A stretch of 62,239 nucleotides of DNA, the filler included, from a bacterium (GTDB taxonomy: Bacteria > JBDRGX01): NCBI GenBank assembly GCA_043817485.1. It is 7 parts of 7 records of this genome, joined end to end, with 100 filler letters (N's around TTAATTAATTAA, not from the genome) between each part and the next. Parts side by side here need not be neighbours in the genome. Positions count along the whole stretch, not along the records: positions 18,169 to 32,489 come from JBDRGX010000032.1; positions 32,590 to 37,624 come from JBDRGX010000033.1; positions 37,725 to 44,437 come from JBDRGX010000035.1; 4 more parts are not named here. One strand, written 5' to 3'. Both the position numbers and the translations under genes were made by a program. Under the pieces are notes generated by a model. The model was not told where the DNA came from and made no database searches. It was given only the letters and a program-made list of their open reading frames with translations. Each line of letters begins with the position of its first letter. The first letter of the stretch is position 1. This document shows, piece after piece, positions 27,740 to 37,725 of the stretch.

Positions 27740-30142
27740 TTAAGATAAATTAGTTCTATATCTATCATTCAACTCGCCTTTTTTACCTTTATTCCAACCA
27801 GATATTTTAGAAAAATATCCAGTAATTCGAGTAATTCCATCTACTTTATCAGAATTACAATATTCACAAACTTCTTTTAATCCACGCATTAATTTAAAAC
27901 AACTATTACAAGAAGTAAATTCTGGAGAAAAAGCAATTTGAGCATTTTGAGTATTTTTAAAAGTTTTAGTTACAAAATCAGCTATAGATCCTGCATCTGG
28001 ACGACTATCTGCAATCCAAATATGCGAAAGAGCTCCAGCTTCTATTAATGGATGAAAAATTCCTTCTGTTTGTATTCTTTCAATTGGAGAAATTGGATGA
28101 GAAATATTTAGATAAGTAGAATTAGTATAATATATATTCTCAGTTTTCATATCACCTTTTATAATTGGTTTACTTTGTTCTGTAAAATATTCTAAATCTA
28201 ATTTAGCTAAACGATAAGCAGTACTTTCTGCTGGAGTTTGCTCTAAAACAAATTTCATTTTATATTTTTCTGATAATTTTTTTAAAGCCAAATTAATGTA
28301 AGCAATAATTTTTATTCCAAATTTTAACATTTCTTTTGAAGCATGTAATTCTTTTCCTAAATGATACTCAACCATTTCATTTAATCCGAGAATTCCAATA
28401 AGAAAACTTGCTTTTTCCATTCTAATATATCTTTTTCCTTCATGTTTTGCTGCTAAAAGTGCTAAAGGCCCTTTATCTTCTAATAAAAGTAATTTTTCAA
28501 TAAACCTTTTCTTTTGTATATGTGCTTTAACAGATAATTCTAAATATTCATCTAATTTTTGAAATAGTTTTTGTTCATCATGATTTGCAATATAAGCAAC
28601 TCGAGGTAAATTTAAAGTAACATTTTGTAAAGCACAAAATCTCATATTCCAAGGAGTTTTTGCATCTTCAATATCAGATTGTTCTAATTTAAAACTTAAT
28701 CTACAACATTCACTTACTTTCATTGTTTCACCACGATCAAAAACAAAATAAGTATTTCCTTTTTCACTTGCTACCTCTGAAATATGAAGAAGAAAATCTT
28801 GATGTCCTGGAGTTTTAAAAAACTTTTCAGTAATATGAACTAATGGTTTAGGAAAGAAAAAAGGTCTTCCAGATGCATCACCTTCTTTATAAACATCAAA
28901 CAATGCCCAAAGAAATTTTCTTGATTCATTAGCATAATCTTTATAACATTTTCCAGTATATTCACCTCCTGGCCCAATTGCTAATGTATTTTCAAAATGT
29001 TTAGGAATTTCCCAATATAAATTGATGTCTGAAAAAATTGCTTGTCCACCTCTTGCTACTGATTGCTGAGAATATTCAAAAATTAACATTTGAGCTAATT
29101 GTTTTAAATCTCTATCTGAAAGACCTACTAAAAAAGGTGCAAAAAAAATATTTACAGCATCCCATCCAATAGCTCCAGCAAAATGTCCTTGAAGAGCTGC
29201 TGAAAATTTAACCATATGAGCCAACAAAGTTTCAGGATGTTTGGCTGGTTTAGTAATAGATAAGGAATTAGGCATAGTTAAACCAAATTTTTTAATAAAC
29301 TCTAATGATTGTCCAGAACAATAAGGTCTTGAAATAAAACCTAAGTCATGAATATGAATATCGCCCTTAATATGAGCATCTGCAACATCTTGAGAAAAAA
29401 CTTTTATTAAAGCATATTGTTTATTTATGGCTTCTGCTAAAGTCATATTAATGGCTTCTGGATTATGAGGAATATTTGCATTTTCTTTATTAGCATCAAA
29501 AATAATTTGCTCTACATCATAAAGAGGAACACCTAAACGAGTATGTTTTTTTCTTGCTTCTTCTAAACCATATTCTATTAATTTAACATCAACCAATTCT
29601 CTAATTAAAGAAGAAGTAATTACTTTAATATTTGATTTTATAATTTGTTTTTCTACTTCTAAGCTTATTTGTGTAGCTAATTCAGAAGGAATATTAGCTT
29701 CTTTAATTAAAACATCTATAATTCTATTTCTATTCCATTCGGCAATACCTTCATTCTTTCTTACAAAAAGTGAAAAATCTGTAATATCTGTTTTTTCAAG
29801 AGATTTTTTTTTGGTATTATCTTTTGTATTTCGTAAATTATTTCTGTTATTTCTATAAAGTATAAATGATTTAGCTGTTTTTGCATGACCTGTTTCAATT
29901 AAAACTTTTTCTATTGCATCTTGAATTTCTTCTACATTTGGAATATAATCATTATATTTGCTATACAAATATTGAATAACCATATCTGTTAATTCTTCTG
30001 ATTTTTGTATATTTTCTCCACCTACAGATTTAGCAGCTGCAAAAATTGCATTAGTAATTTTTTTTCGATCAAACTCAATAATTCGACCATCTCTTTTATG
30101 AATAAGAGTAAATGAGTTATTCATATTTTTTGCTTTAATCAT
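27740..30142 (-). CDS. nrdD: Anaerobic ribonucleoside-triphosphate reductase (class III) with two ATP cones
   Basis: KRDG...F...KI ATP cone plus a second cone; AH..GDIHIHDL; PYC; TPAES; YYTNS; CxxC..CxxC; RITGY glycyl-radical site. Confidence 0.95.
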   Translation of the reverse strand: MIKAKNMNNSFTLIHKRDGRIIEFDRKKITNAIFAAAKSVGGENIQKSEELTDMVIQYLYSKYNDYIPNVEEIQDAIEKVLIETGHAKTAKSFILYRNNRNNLRNTKDNTKKKSLEKTDITDFSLFVRKNEGIAEWNRNRIIDVLIKEANIPSELATQISLEVEKQIIKSNIKVITSSLIRELVDVKLIEYGLEEARKKHTRLGVPLYDVEQIIFDANKENANIPHNPEAINMTLAEAINKQYALIKVFSQDVADAHIKGDIHIHDLGFISRPYCSGQSLEFIKKFGLTMPNSLSITKPAKHPETLLAHMVKFSAALQGHFAGAIGWDAVNIFFAPFLVGLSDRDLKQLAQMLIFEYSQQSVARGGQAIFSDINLYWEIPKHFENTLAIGPGGEYTGKCYKDYANESRKFLWALFDVYKEGDASGRPFFFPKPLVHITEKFFKTPGHQDFLLHISEVASEKGNTYFVFDRGETMKVSECCRLSFKLEQSDIEDAKTPWNMRFCALQNVTLNLPRVAYIANHDEQKLFQKLDEYLELSVKAHIQKKRFIEKLLLLEDKGPLALLAAKHEGKRYIRMEKASFLIGILGLNEMVEYHLGKELHASKEMLKFGIKIIAYINLALKKLSEKYKMKFVLEQTPAESTAYRLAKLDLEYFTEQSKPIIKGDMKTENIYYTNSTYLNISHPISPIERIQTEGIFHPLIEAGALSHIWIADSRPDAGSIADFVTKTFKNTQNAQIAFSPEFTSCNSCFKLMRGLKEVCEYCNSDKVDGITRITGYFSKISGWNKGKKGELNDRYRTNLS

Positions 30143-30185
30143 TTAGTTTTCTCCGTTGTTTTTATTTATAAAAATTTTTATAAAT

Positions 30186-30233
30186 ATACTTGATATTGGG
30201 CATTGGAATTAAAATAGATACAATATATAGTTT
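30186..30233. promoter_or_regulatory. Tandem NrdR boxes upstream of nrdD
   Basis: ataCTTGATATTGggc (30186) and ataCAATATATAGttt (30218), 32 bp apart, next to a minus-strand TTGACA at 30237-30242. Confidence 0.7.
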
Positions 30234-30719
30234 TTTTGTCAAGATTTTTTTAAAAATTGTTAGTTGGTTGATGACCCCATATGGGAACCACCATTTTTCT
30301 CTCTTTTCTGAGAGATTATAGCATATTATTTTATTTTTTAAAATATTTTTTATCTATTTTTATTTTTACTAATTTCTCTTATTTTTTTAAAATATTTTTT
30401 TTCATAAACTTTAATTTTTTGTATACCATATACTTTTCCTTTTACAATATTCTTACATTCATTAGATTTTTAATTTTTTGATTCACTTGGAAAACAGAAA
30501 ATAAAAAAAAATTTCAAATTTATTAAGTTTTTTTGGAAAAAATATCTAAAATAATTTTACTAAAATGAAATAAAACAAAATAATTTTTTTAAAATTTTTA
30601 AAATGAAAAATAAAAATTAAAATTTTTTAGTTAAGTTTATTGACAAAAAAAAAAAAAGTTATAGAAAAAGCAATAATTATTTTTTGTAGATAAATTAATT
30701 TTTAGGAGGGTTTTAAAAA

Positions 30720-30815
30720 ATGCCTTGTGGACGAAAAAGAAAAAAGCATAAAATAAATACACATAAAAGAAAAAAAAGAAAAAGAGCTAATAGACATAAG
30801 AAAAAGAAAATTTAA
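30720..30815 (+). CDS. Small basic ribosomal protein bS22-like (AURKAIP1/COX24 domain); not in ORF track
   Basis: MPCGRKRKKHKINTHKRKKRKRANRHKKKKI with AGGAGG RBS. Confidence 0.88.
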   Translation: MPCGRKRKKHKINTHKRKKRKRANRHKKKKI

Positions 30816-30823
30816 TTAATTTT

Positions 30824-30896
30824 GCCGAGATAGCTCAGTAGGTAGAGCGAGGGACTGAAAATCCCTGCGTCCCCAGTTCAATTCTGGGTCTCGGCA
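30824..30896 (+). tRNA. tRNA-Phe (GAA)
   Basis: GCCGAGA/TCTCGGC acceptor stem; AGGGA-CTGAAAA-TCCCT anticodon arm; no encoded CCA. Confidence 0.96.
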
Positions 30897-30961
30897 CTTT
30901 TGAAATTTAAATTTATTATTCCATATTTTTTGTGGGATAAAACTAAGGAGGTATTAAGATT

Positions 30962-31243
30962 ATGAATAAATCTGAATTAGTAGAAAAAATTGGAGCTATT
31001 GGAATTACTAAAAAACAAGCAGAAGACTCATTAAATGCAACGCTTGAAGCTATTACCAATGCTTTAAAAAAAGGTGATTCTGTAACACTTGTTGGTTTTG
31101 GAACATTTAAAGTAGTTAAAAGAGCAGCTCGAGTTGGTATCAATCCATCTACTCGTGAAAAAATGAAAATTCCTGCAAAAAAAGTTCCTAAATTTAGTGC
31201 TGGCAAATCTTTAAAAAGTATTATTGCTGGTTCAAAAAAATAG
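30962..31243 (+). CDS. hup: HU DNA-binding protein
   Basis: MNKSELV, LVGFGTF, R.G.NP.T, VPKF.AGK.LK. Confidence 0.95.
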   Translation: MNKSELVEKIGAIGITKKQAEDSLNATLEAITNALKKGDSVTLVGFGTFKVVKRAARVGINPSTREKMKIPAKKVPKFSAGKSLKSIIAGSKK

Positions 31244-31260
31244 ATAGAAAATAATTTTTA

Positions 31261-31296
31261 AAAAACCTGCTATATTTATAATATAGTAGGTTTTTT
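31261..31296 (+). terminator. Intrinsic terminator after hup
   Basis: AAAAACCTGCTATAT...ATATAGTAGGTTTTTT hairpin followed by a T tract. Confidence 0.75.
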
Positions 31297-31299
31297 ATT

Positions 31300-31545
31300 T
31301 AATATCAAGTCGCATTTAAAGGAATAGTAATAATTAAATTTGAATATTGAAACAATAAAAAAAAGAAAATTTGTAGCACAAAATTCGAAATAAATTTTAA
31401 ACCCAAATGAACAAAACAGATTTTGTTTAGAATATTTATATTTTGGTCATTTGGATTTGTTTCGTATTTCGAAATTTTCTTTTTATTTCATATTTCGAAT
31501 TTGGATAGTTTGCAACATTTTATTTTTGATGGCAACTTTGTATAA
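31300..31545 (+). mobile_element. Family A termini enclosing a different interior (short-repeat rich)
   Basis: Left TAATATCAAGTCGCATTTAAA; degenerate right TTTGATGGCAACTTTGTATAA; interior TTTCGTATTTCGAA-type repeats. Confidence 0.55.
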
Positions 31546-31555
31546 GGAGTTATTT

Positions 31556-32296
31556 TTGACAATTATTCAAGAACAATTATTTTTATTGAAACTTCACTTT
31601 AGAAAATGTTTTTTTGATATTTATGATAATTTAGGAACATCTATTTGTTTTAATTTTTTTTGGAGTTTTCTTTTTTTTCCTTGTTTTTTTTTATTACTTT
31701 TAAATAAAAATATATTACTAAAAACTACTAATTTTCTTCTTATTGAATATCCTATTACTGGTATTTTATTTTATAATATTAGATTGTTAATTAAAGAAGA
31801 AAAAAATATTCAAATTAAATTTTTTATTGAAAATTTTAAAAAATATTTTTGGAAAAGTATTTTTTTATTTTTAATTTACTTTTTTGCCTTTTTCTTATTT
31901 AAAATAAATTTTCAATTTTTTCAAACTTCTGTTGGAATAAATAAATTCATTTCAATAATTAATTTATTTGTTATATGTTTTTTTATTTTTATTCAAAATT
32001 ATACATTTCCTTTAATGACTTTGAATTTTACAATGAAAAATATTTTTAAATATGCTATCTATTTAAGTTTAAATAATTTCTTTTTTACTTTTTGTATTTG
32101 GATGCAAAATGTAGCTATTCTTTTATTTACGAGTTTTACTGTTCTTGGATTATTATTAATAGGAATAAGTATTGTTGTTATTTCTCAATTAAATAGTTTA
32201 GCCATTCTTTTAAATAAGTATCAAAATATTTCTTATTTAGAAGAAAAATATTATCGTAAAATAAAAGAACTTTGGAAACCATGGGGAAAACAATAA
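31556..32296 (+). CDS. Hypothetical polytopic membrane protein (DUF624/YesL-like)
   Basis: 4-5 TM helices; C-terminal ELWKPW; TAAGGAG RBS favours the TTG at 31556. Confidence 0.55.
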   Translation: MTIIQEQLFLLKLHFRKCFFDIYDNLGTSICFNFFWSFLFFPCFFLLLLNKNILLKTTNFLLIEYPITGILFYNIRLLIKEEKNIQIKFFIENFKKYFWKSIFLFLIYFFAFFLFKINFQFFQTSVGINKFISIINLFVICFFIFIQNYTFPLMTLNFTMKNIFKYAIYLSLNNFFFTFCIWMQNVAILLFTSFTVLGLLLIGISIVVISQLNSLAILLNKYQNISYLEEKYYRKIKELWKPWGKQ

Positions 32297-32489
32297 CTTT
32301 TTTAGCAAAATAAGTTATTGTTTTAATTATTAAATATTAAAACAAATCATTTTTTTCTGTTGTTACTTTGTCAATATGTTAATTTTTTACTACGTGAAAA
32401 TGTTAATTTTTTAGATTGAAAAATTAACATATTTTCACATATTCTCGTTGGTTTAAAAAACTTTCTATTTTTTTATTGAGTTTATAGGA

Positions 32490-32589
32490 NNNNNNNNNNN
32501 NNNNNNNNNNNNNNNNNNNNNNNNNNNNNNNNNTTAATTAATTAANNNNNNNNNNNNNNNNNNNNNNNNNNNNNNNNNNNNNNNNNNNN
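32490..32589. other. Artificial contig linker
   Basis: N run with TTAATTAATTAA. Confidence 0.98.
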
Positions 32590-32995
32590 CACTAGCAAGT
32601 TTTATTTGTTCAAAATAACTTACCCAATAAGGAGATGGTAAAATTACTTCATCACCTTCATCGCATAAAACTTGAAAAATATTGTATAAACAATGTTTAG
32701 CACCGCAACTAACAATAATCTCTGAAGAAGAATAATCTAAATTATTTTCTTTTTTAAATTTTTCACAAATAGCATTTTTTAATTCTAAAATTCCAGATGA
32801 TGGAGTATATTTAGTGAAACCTTGATCAATAGAAAGTTTAGCTTTATTTTTTATTTCATCTGGGGTATCAAAATCTGGTTCTCCAGCACTCAAGCTAATT
32901 ATATTTACACCTTGAGCTTTCATTTGTTTTGCTTTTGCTTCTATCTGTAAAGTAGAAGATGGACTTATTTGTTGTATCTTTTTATTTAAAAGCAT
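32590..32995 (-). CDS. aspC: PLP-dependent aspartate aminotransferase (class I), truncated
   Basis: LSAGEPDFDTP, TKYT...G..EL, GAK, PYWVSY. Confidence 0.88.
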
Positions 32996-34608
32996 ATTTT
33001 TTCCTTTCTTATTTTAAGTTCTTTGTTTTGTTGTAGATGAATTAACCATTTTTCATCATTTTTTTTTGAGAAATCTTTTCTATAATGAACACCTCTTGTT
33101 TCTTCTCTTATATAAGCAGCTTTTTGAATTAATGAAGATATTGTAAGCATATTTTGTAATTCCCAACCTTGTTGATTTTTTAATTCCATATTTAAAACAT
33201 AATTAGTCCAAAAATTTATTTTTTTTTCTGCTTGTTCAAGTATTTTTTTTTCTTTTTCAATTCCTACATTTTTCCACATTAAACTTTTTAAAGAATTTTT
33301 TAAATCTTCTAAATTAATTTTTTTATATTTTTCTAATTTTAAAGAAATAGAAAAGTTAATTTTTATATTTCTTTTTAAATTACTTCCAGCCATACTTCCA
33401 GTTCTTTCTCCAAAAACTAACCCTTCTAATAAAGAATTACTTGCTAATCTATTAGCTCCATGTATTCCATTACAACTAACTTCCCCACAAGCAAATAAAT
33501 TTTCAATATTTGTTTTTCCATAAAAATCTGTTTTTATTCCGCCTATCATATAATGAGCTGTTGGACAAACTGGAATAAAATCTTTTTCTATGTTTATATT
33601 AAAAGAAGCACATACTTTACTTATATAAGGAAATCGTTTTTGGAAAAATTGTTTTTTAAAAGAAGTTAAATCTAAATAAACTTGTGTATCATTAGTTTTT
33701 TTCATTTCTTCTAAAATTGCTCTTGAAGTTATATCTCTTGGAGCAAGTTCTGCTTTTGGATGATATGAAGGCATAAATCGTTCACCATATTTATTTTTTA
33801 AAATCCCACCCTCGCCTCTTACTGCTTCAGAAATTAAAATTCTTGAAGCACCAGCAATATATAAAGTAGTTGGATGAAATTGAACAAATTCCATATCTAA
33901 AAGATTTGCACCAGATCTATAAGCCATAGCCATTCCATCTCCAGTAATTACAGGCGAATTAGTACTTTCTCTATAAATTTGACCAATGCCTCCAGTAGAT
34001 AAAATAGTTTTTTTTGCTTTAATTAACATCTTTTTTTTATCTTTAAAAATAATTGCTCCATAACAAATTTTTTCATAATGTAATAAATCTATAACAAATG
34101 TATTTTCTAATATTTTAATCTGCTGACACTTTTTTATTTTTTCAACTAATACTCTTTCCACTTCTTTTCCAGTAGCATCTCCTTTAGCATGAATTACTCT
34201 TTTTTGATTATGTCCTGCTTCTTGAGTAAAATTAAGTTTTTTATCTTGCATATCAAAATTAGTTCCCCAATGAATTAATTTTTTTACCTTAACAGGACCT
34301 TCATTAACTAAAATTTCAACAGATTTTTTATTACATAAACCACAACCAATTTCTAAAGTATCTTTAATATGACTTTCTATACTATCTTTTTCATTAAGAA
34401 CAACAGCAATACCACCTTGAGCTAATTCTGTATTACAATCTTTTAAATTAGCTTTAGTTGCGACAATAACATTTCCATATTTTGCTGCTTCAATAGCTGC
34501 ACAAAGTGCTGCAATTCCACTACCAATTATTAAAATATCAGTAGAAATATAAGGTAAATCTTTTGTGTTAAAAGAAACTAAATAATTGTGAATCAAAAAT
34601 ACCTCCAT
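32986..34608 (-). CDS. nadB: L-aspartate oxidase
   Basis: IIGSGIA, AQGGIA, EFVQFHPT, LISEAVRGEG, ELAPRD, HGANRLASNSLLE. Confidence 0.95.
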   Translation of the reverse strand: MEVFLIHNYLVSFNTKDLPYISTDILIIGSGIAALCAAIEAAKYGNVIVATKANLKDCNTELAQGGIAVVLNEKDSIESHIKDTLEIGCGLCNKKSVEILVNEGPVKVKKLIHWGTNFDMQDKKLNFTQEAGHNQKRVIHAKGDATGKEVERVLVEKIKKCQQIKILENTFVIDLLHYEKICYGAIIFKDKKKMLIKAKKTILSTGGIGQIYRESTNSPVITGDGMAMAYRSGANLLDMEFVQFHPTTLYIAGASRILISEAVRGEGGILKNKYGERFMPSYHPKAELAPRDITSRAILEEMKKTNDTQVYLDLTSFKKQFFQKRFPYISKVCASFNINIEKDFIPVCPTAHYMIGGIKTDFYGKTNIENLFACGEVSCNGIHGANRLASNSLLEGLVFGERTGSMAGSNLKRNIKINFSISLKLEKYKKINLEDLKNSLKSLMWKNVGIEKEKKILEQAEKKINFWTNYVLNMELKNQQGWELQNMLTISSLIQKAAYIREETRGVHYRKDFSKKNDEKWLIHLQQNKELKIRKEKICF

Positions 34609-35025
34609 TTAAAATTTTTTTGTTTATAATAATTTTTATTTATTTTGTCAATAATTATAATATGAAGAAAAATTGTAGATTTTTTTTAAAAAAATTAAAA
34701 CTCAATTTTCAAAATTTTAATTAAATATATTGACAAAAAATAATATTTTAAATAAATATTAAAACACTTTTAATTATAAAAATGAAAACTTTCCAAATAT
34801 ATTTTCATTTCAAATTATTTAATTTTAAATAACAAATAAATCTGATAACAATTCTATAAAAAAATATTATAAACTTTATTATTTATTCAATTTTTAAAAA
34901 ATGAAACTCCTCGCATTAATCTGCAAGATATTTTTTTGCAAAGTATTTATTATTTTAACTCCAAATTATTTTAATAAAAAACTATATTTTTGGGGCACAA
35001 AATTTAATAAAAAAGGATTTTTTAT

Positions 35026-35829
35026 ATGGCAAAAAAAGCTTTATTAGTAGGAATTAATGATTATAAACAAGTAAATGATCTTAATGGTTGTGTAAATGAT
35101 GTTCTCAATATGAGAGATATTCTTTTAAAATACTTTGATTTTACTGTTTCTAATATTAGAGTTTTAACTAATTTTCGTTCTACAAAATTAAATATATTAA
35201 CCAGATTAAAATGGCTTTTAAAAGATGCAAAAAAAGAAGATATTTTAATTTTTCACTTTTCTGGACATGGTACTCAAATAAGAGATAGAGAAGGAGATGA
35301 ATTAAAAGATTACTTAGATGAAGCAATTTGTCCTTATGATGTTAATTGGGATGGAGGATTAATTTTAGATGATGATCTTTATAATATTTTCCAAAATTTA
35401 GCAAAAGGAGTTCATTTAGAAATAATTTTAGATACTTGTAATTCAGGTACTGGAACAAGAGATTTTATTCCAAACAAAAATATAAAAATTAAATTTTTAC
35501 AACCTCCTATAGATATTTTATGTAGAAAAGAAGAAAATTTAAAAGTTAAAAAAATTGGACTTAAAAAAGAACAAAAAAAACTTAATCATATTCTTTGGAC
35601 AGCATGTAAAGACAATCAAACATCTGCTGATGCTTTTATTGATAATGCTTATAATGGAGCATTTACTTATTATTTTTGCAAACATATAAGAGAAAACAAA
35701 GGCAAAATAACTCGCGAAGAACTTATTAAAAAAATACGATTTTCTTTAAAACAAAATGACTTTTCTCAAATTCCACAGATTGAAATTACTTCCTTAATAA
35801 AAAAGAAAAAATTTGTATTTCAATATTAA
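35026..35829 (+). CDS. Caspase-family (C14) peptidase, metacaspase-like
   Basis: ALLVGINDY, L.GCVND; catalytic FSGHG and DTCNSG; Q.SAD, GAFT, Q.PQ. Confidence 0.9.
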   Translation: MAKKALLVGINDYKQVNDLNGCVNDVLNMRDILLKYFDFTVSNIRVLTNFRSTKLNILTRLKWLLKDAKKEDILIFHFSGHGTQIRDREGDELKDYLDEAICPYDVNWDGGLILDDDLYNIFQNLAKGVHLEIILDTCNSGTGTRDFIPNKNIKIKFLQPPIDILCRKEENLKVKKIGLKKEQKKLNHILWTACKDNQTSADAFIDNAYNGAFTYYFCKHIRENKGKITREELIKKIRFSLKQNDFSQIPQIEITSLIKKKKFVFQY

Positions 35830-35936
35830 TTCATCTAACCACAAAATTATTTTAAAAAATATTATTTATAAATAAGTAATTTTTTAAAAAATTATAATCA
35901 TTTTTCCAAATTAAATAAAAGAAAGGAAAAAAGTAC

Positions 35937-37199
35937 ATGGAAATTGTAAGTTTAAAAAGAAAAAATATTACAGAACTTACTGAATTATCTCATCAATTAG
36001 GGATTTCAGGAACAAGTGTTATGTTGAAACAAGAACTAATATTTAAAATATTAGAAGCACAAATTGAAAAAAATGGAAATGTATTTGGAGAAGGTGTTTT
36101 AGAAATATTACCTGATGGATTTGGGTTTCTAAGATCATCTGATTATAATTATTTACCAAGCCAAGATGATATTTATGTATCTCCTTCTCAAATTAAAAGA
36201 TTTGATATTAAAAAAGGTGATACTGTTTATGGGCAAATAAGACCTCCAAAGGAAGGAGAAAAATATTTTGCTTTATTAAAAATAGAATCTATAAATTTTG
36301 AAAATCCAGAAAAAAGTAGAGAAAAAATTTTATTTGATAATTTAATTCCTCTTTATCCACAAGAAAAAATTAAATTAGAAAAAAATTCAGAAGAACTTTC
36401 AACTCGTATAATGGATTTATTGACTCCTATTGGTAAAGGACAAAGAGGGTTAATAGTGGCTCCTCCTCGTTCTGGGAAAACAATTCTTTTACAAATGATT
36501 GCTAATAGTATTACAAATAATCATCCAGAAATTATTCCTATAGTTTTATTGATTGATGAAAGGCCCGAAGAAGTTACGGATATGAAAAGAAATGTAAAAG
36601 CTGAAGTAATCAGTTCCACTTTTGATGAACCTGCAGAAAGACATACTCAAATAGCAGAAATGGTTATAGAAAAAGCTAAAAGATTAGTAGAACATCAAAA
36701 ACATGTAGTAATTCTTTTGGATAGTATTACTCGTTTAGCACGAGCATATAATACTATAACTATTCATAGTGGTAGAGTTTTAAGTGGGGGAGTAGATGCT
36801 AATGCTCTTCAACGACCTAAGAAATTTTTTGGTTCTGCGAGAAATATAGAAGGAGGAGGTAGTTTAACTATTATTGCTACAGCATTAGTTGATACTGGAA
36901 GTAAAATGGATGAAGTTATTTTTGAAGAATTTAAAGCAACTGGCAATATGGAAATTATTCTTGATAGAAGATTAGTTGATAAAAGAATATTTCCTGCTAT
37001 AGACATTGAAAGATCTGGCACCCGTAAAGAAGATTTACTTTTAACCCCAGAAGAATTAAAAAAAGTATGGCTTTTGAGAAAAGTATTAGTAGAATTTTCT
37101 CCGATAGAATCAATGGAACTTTTAATTGAAAAAATTAGACAAACTAAAACTAATAGTGAATTTTTAAGAAGTTTGACGATAGATAATCATTATAAATAA
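35937..37199 (+). CDS. rho: Transcription termination factor Rho
   Basis: [53 protein letters not shown]. Confidence 0.98.
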   Translation: MEIVSLKRKNITELTELSHQLGISGTSVMLKQELIFKILEAQIEKNGNVFGEGVLEILPDGFGFLRSSDYNYLPSQDDIYVSPSQIKRFDIKKGDTVYGQIRPPKEGEKYFALLKIESINFENPEKSREKILFDNLIPLYPQEKIKLEKNSEELSTRIMDLLTPIGKGQRGLIVAPPRSGKTILLQMIANSITNNHPEIIPIVLLIDERPEEVTDMKRNVKAEVISSTFDEPAERHTQIAEMVIEKAKRLVEHQKHVVILLDSITRLARAYNTITIHSGRVLSGGVDANALQRPKKFFGSARNIEGGGSLTIIATALVDTGSKMDEVIFEEFKATGNMEIILDRRLVDKRIFPAIDIERSGTRKEDLLLTPEELKKVWLLRKVLVEFSPIESMELLIEKIRQTKTNSEFLRSLTIDNHYK

Positions 37200-37624
37200 A
37201 TGAAAAAAAATGTGCTTGTTTTTATAAATTTATTTTTTATAATATTTTATTTAAAATCTTCTGAACTAAAAAAAGATAAATCTTTTATTAGTTTAGAAAG
37301 TTCTATTTCTAATTGTGGTGGTACTGGTTTAATAATGATTCCCAATGCTAATGTATTAGGAAAAGAACATCATAGTGCTGGAATTCATAGTTATAATCTT
37401 AAATATAATTATAGTTTTTTTCCTAAATTAGAAATTGGCTTAAAGATTAATTCAAATGATTATAATGAAATAGAAAAAATAATAAAAAAAACAACTTTAA
37501 ATGCAAAATATCAATTTTTATCTTTTTCAAATTCTTTGAAATTAGCTATTGGAGCAAATGATAAATTTTGTTATTTAACTTGTAATAAATATATAGAAGA
37601 CAAAATTACAAATGGTTTTATTGA
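37200..37624 (+). CDS. Exported protein, possibly outer-membrane YjbH-like (truncated)
   Basis: Signal peptide; GGTGLIMIPNA motif; LNAKYQ. Confidence 0.5.
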
Positions 37625-37724
37625 NNNNNNNNNNNNNNNNNNNNNNNNNNNNNNNNNNNNNNNNNNNNTTAATTAATTAANNNNNNNNNNNNNNNNNNNN
37701 NNNNNNNNNNNNNNNNNNNNNNNN
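37625..37724. other. Artificial contig linker
   Basis: N run with TTAATTAATTAA. Confidence 0.98.
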
Positions 37725-37725
37725 A

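Noticed and set aside
30258-30295. preQ1-I riboswitch on the minus strand
   Set aside because: The AACTAA tail resembles it, but the loop and A-rich linker do not fit, and the downstream gene is unrelated to queuosine
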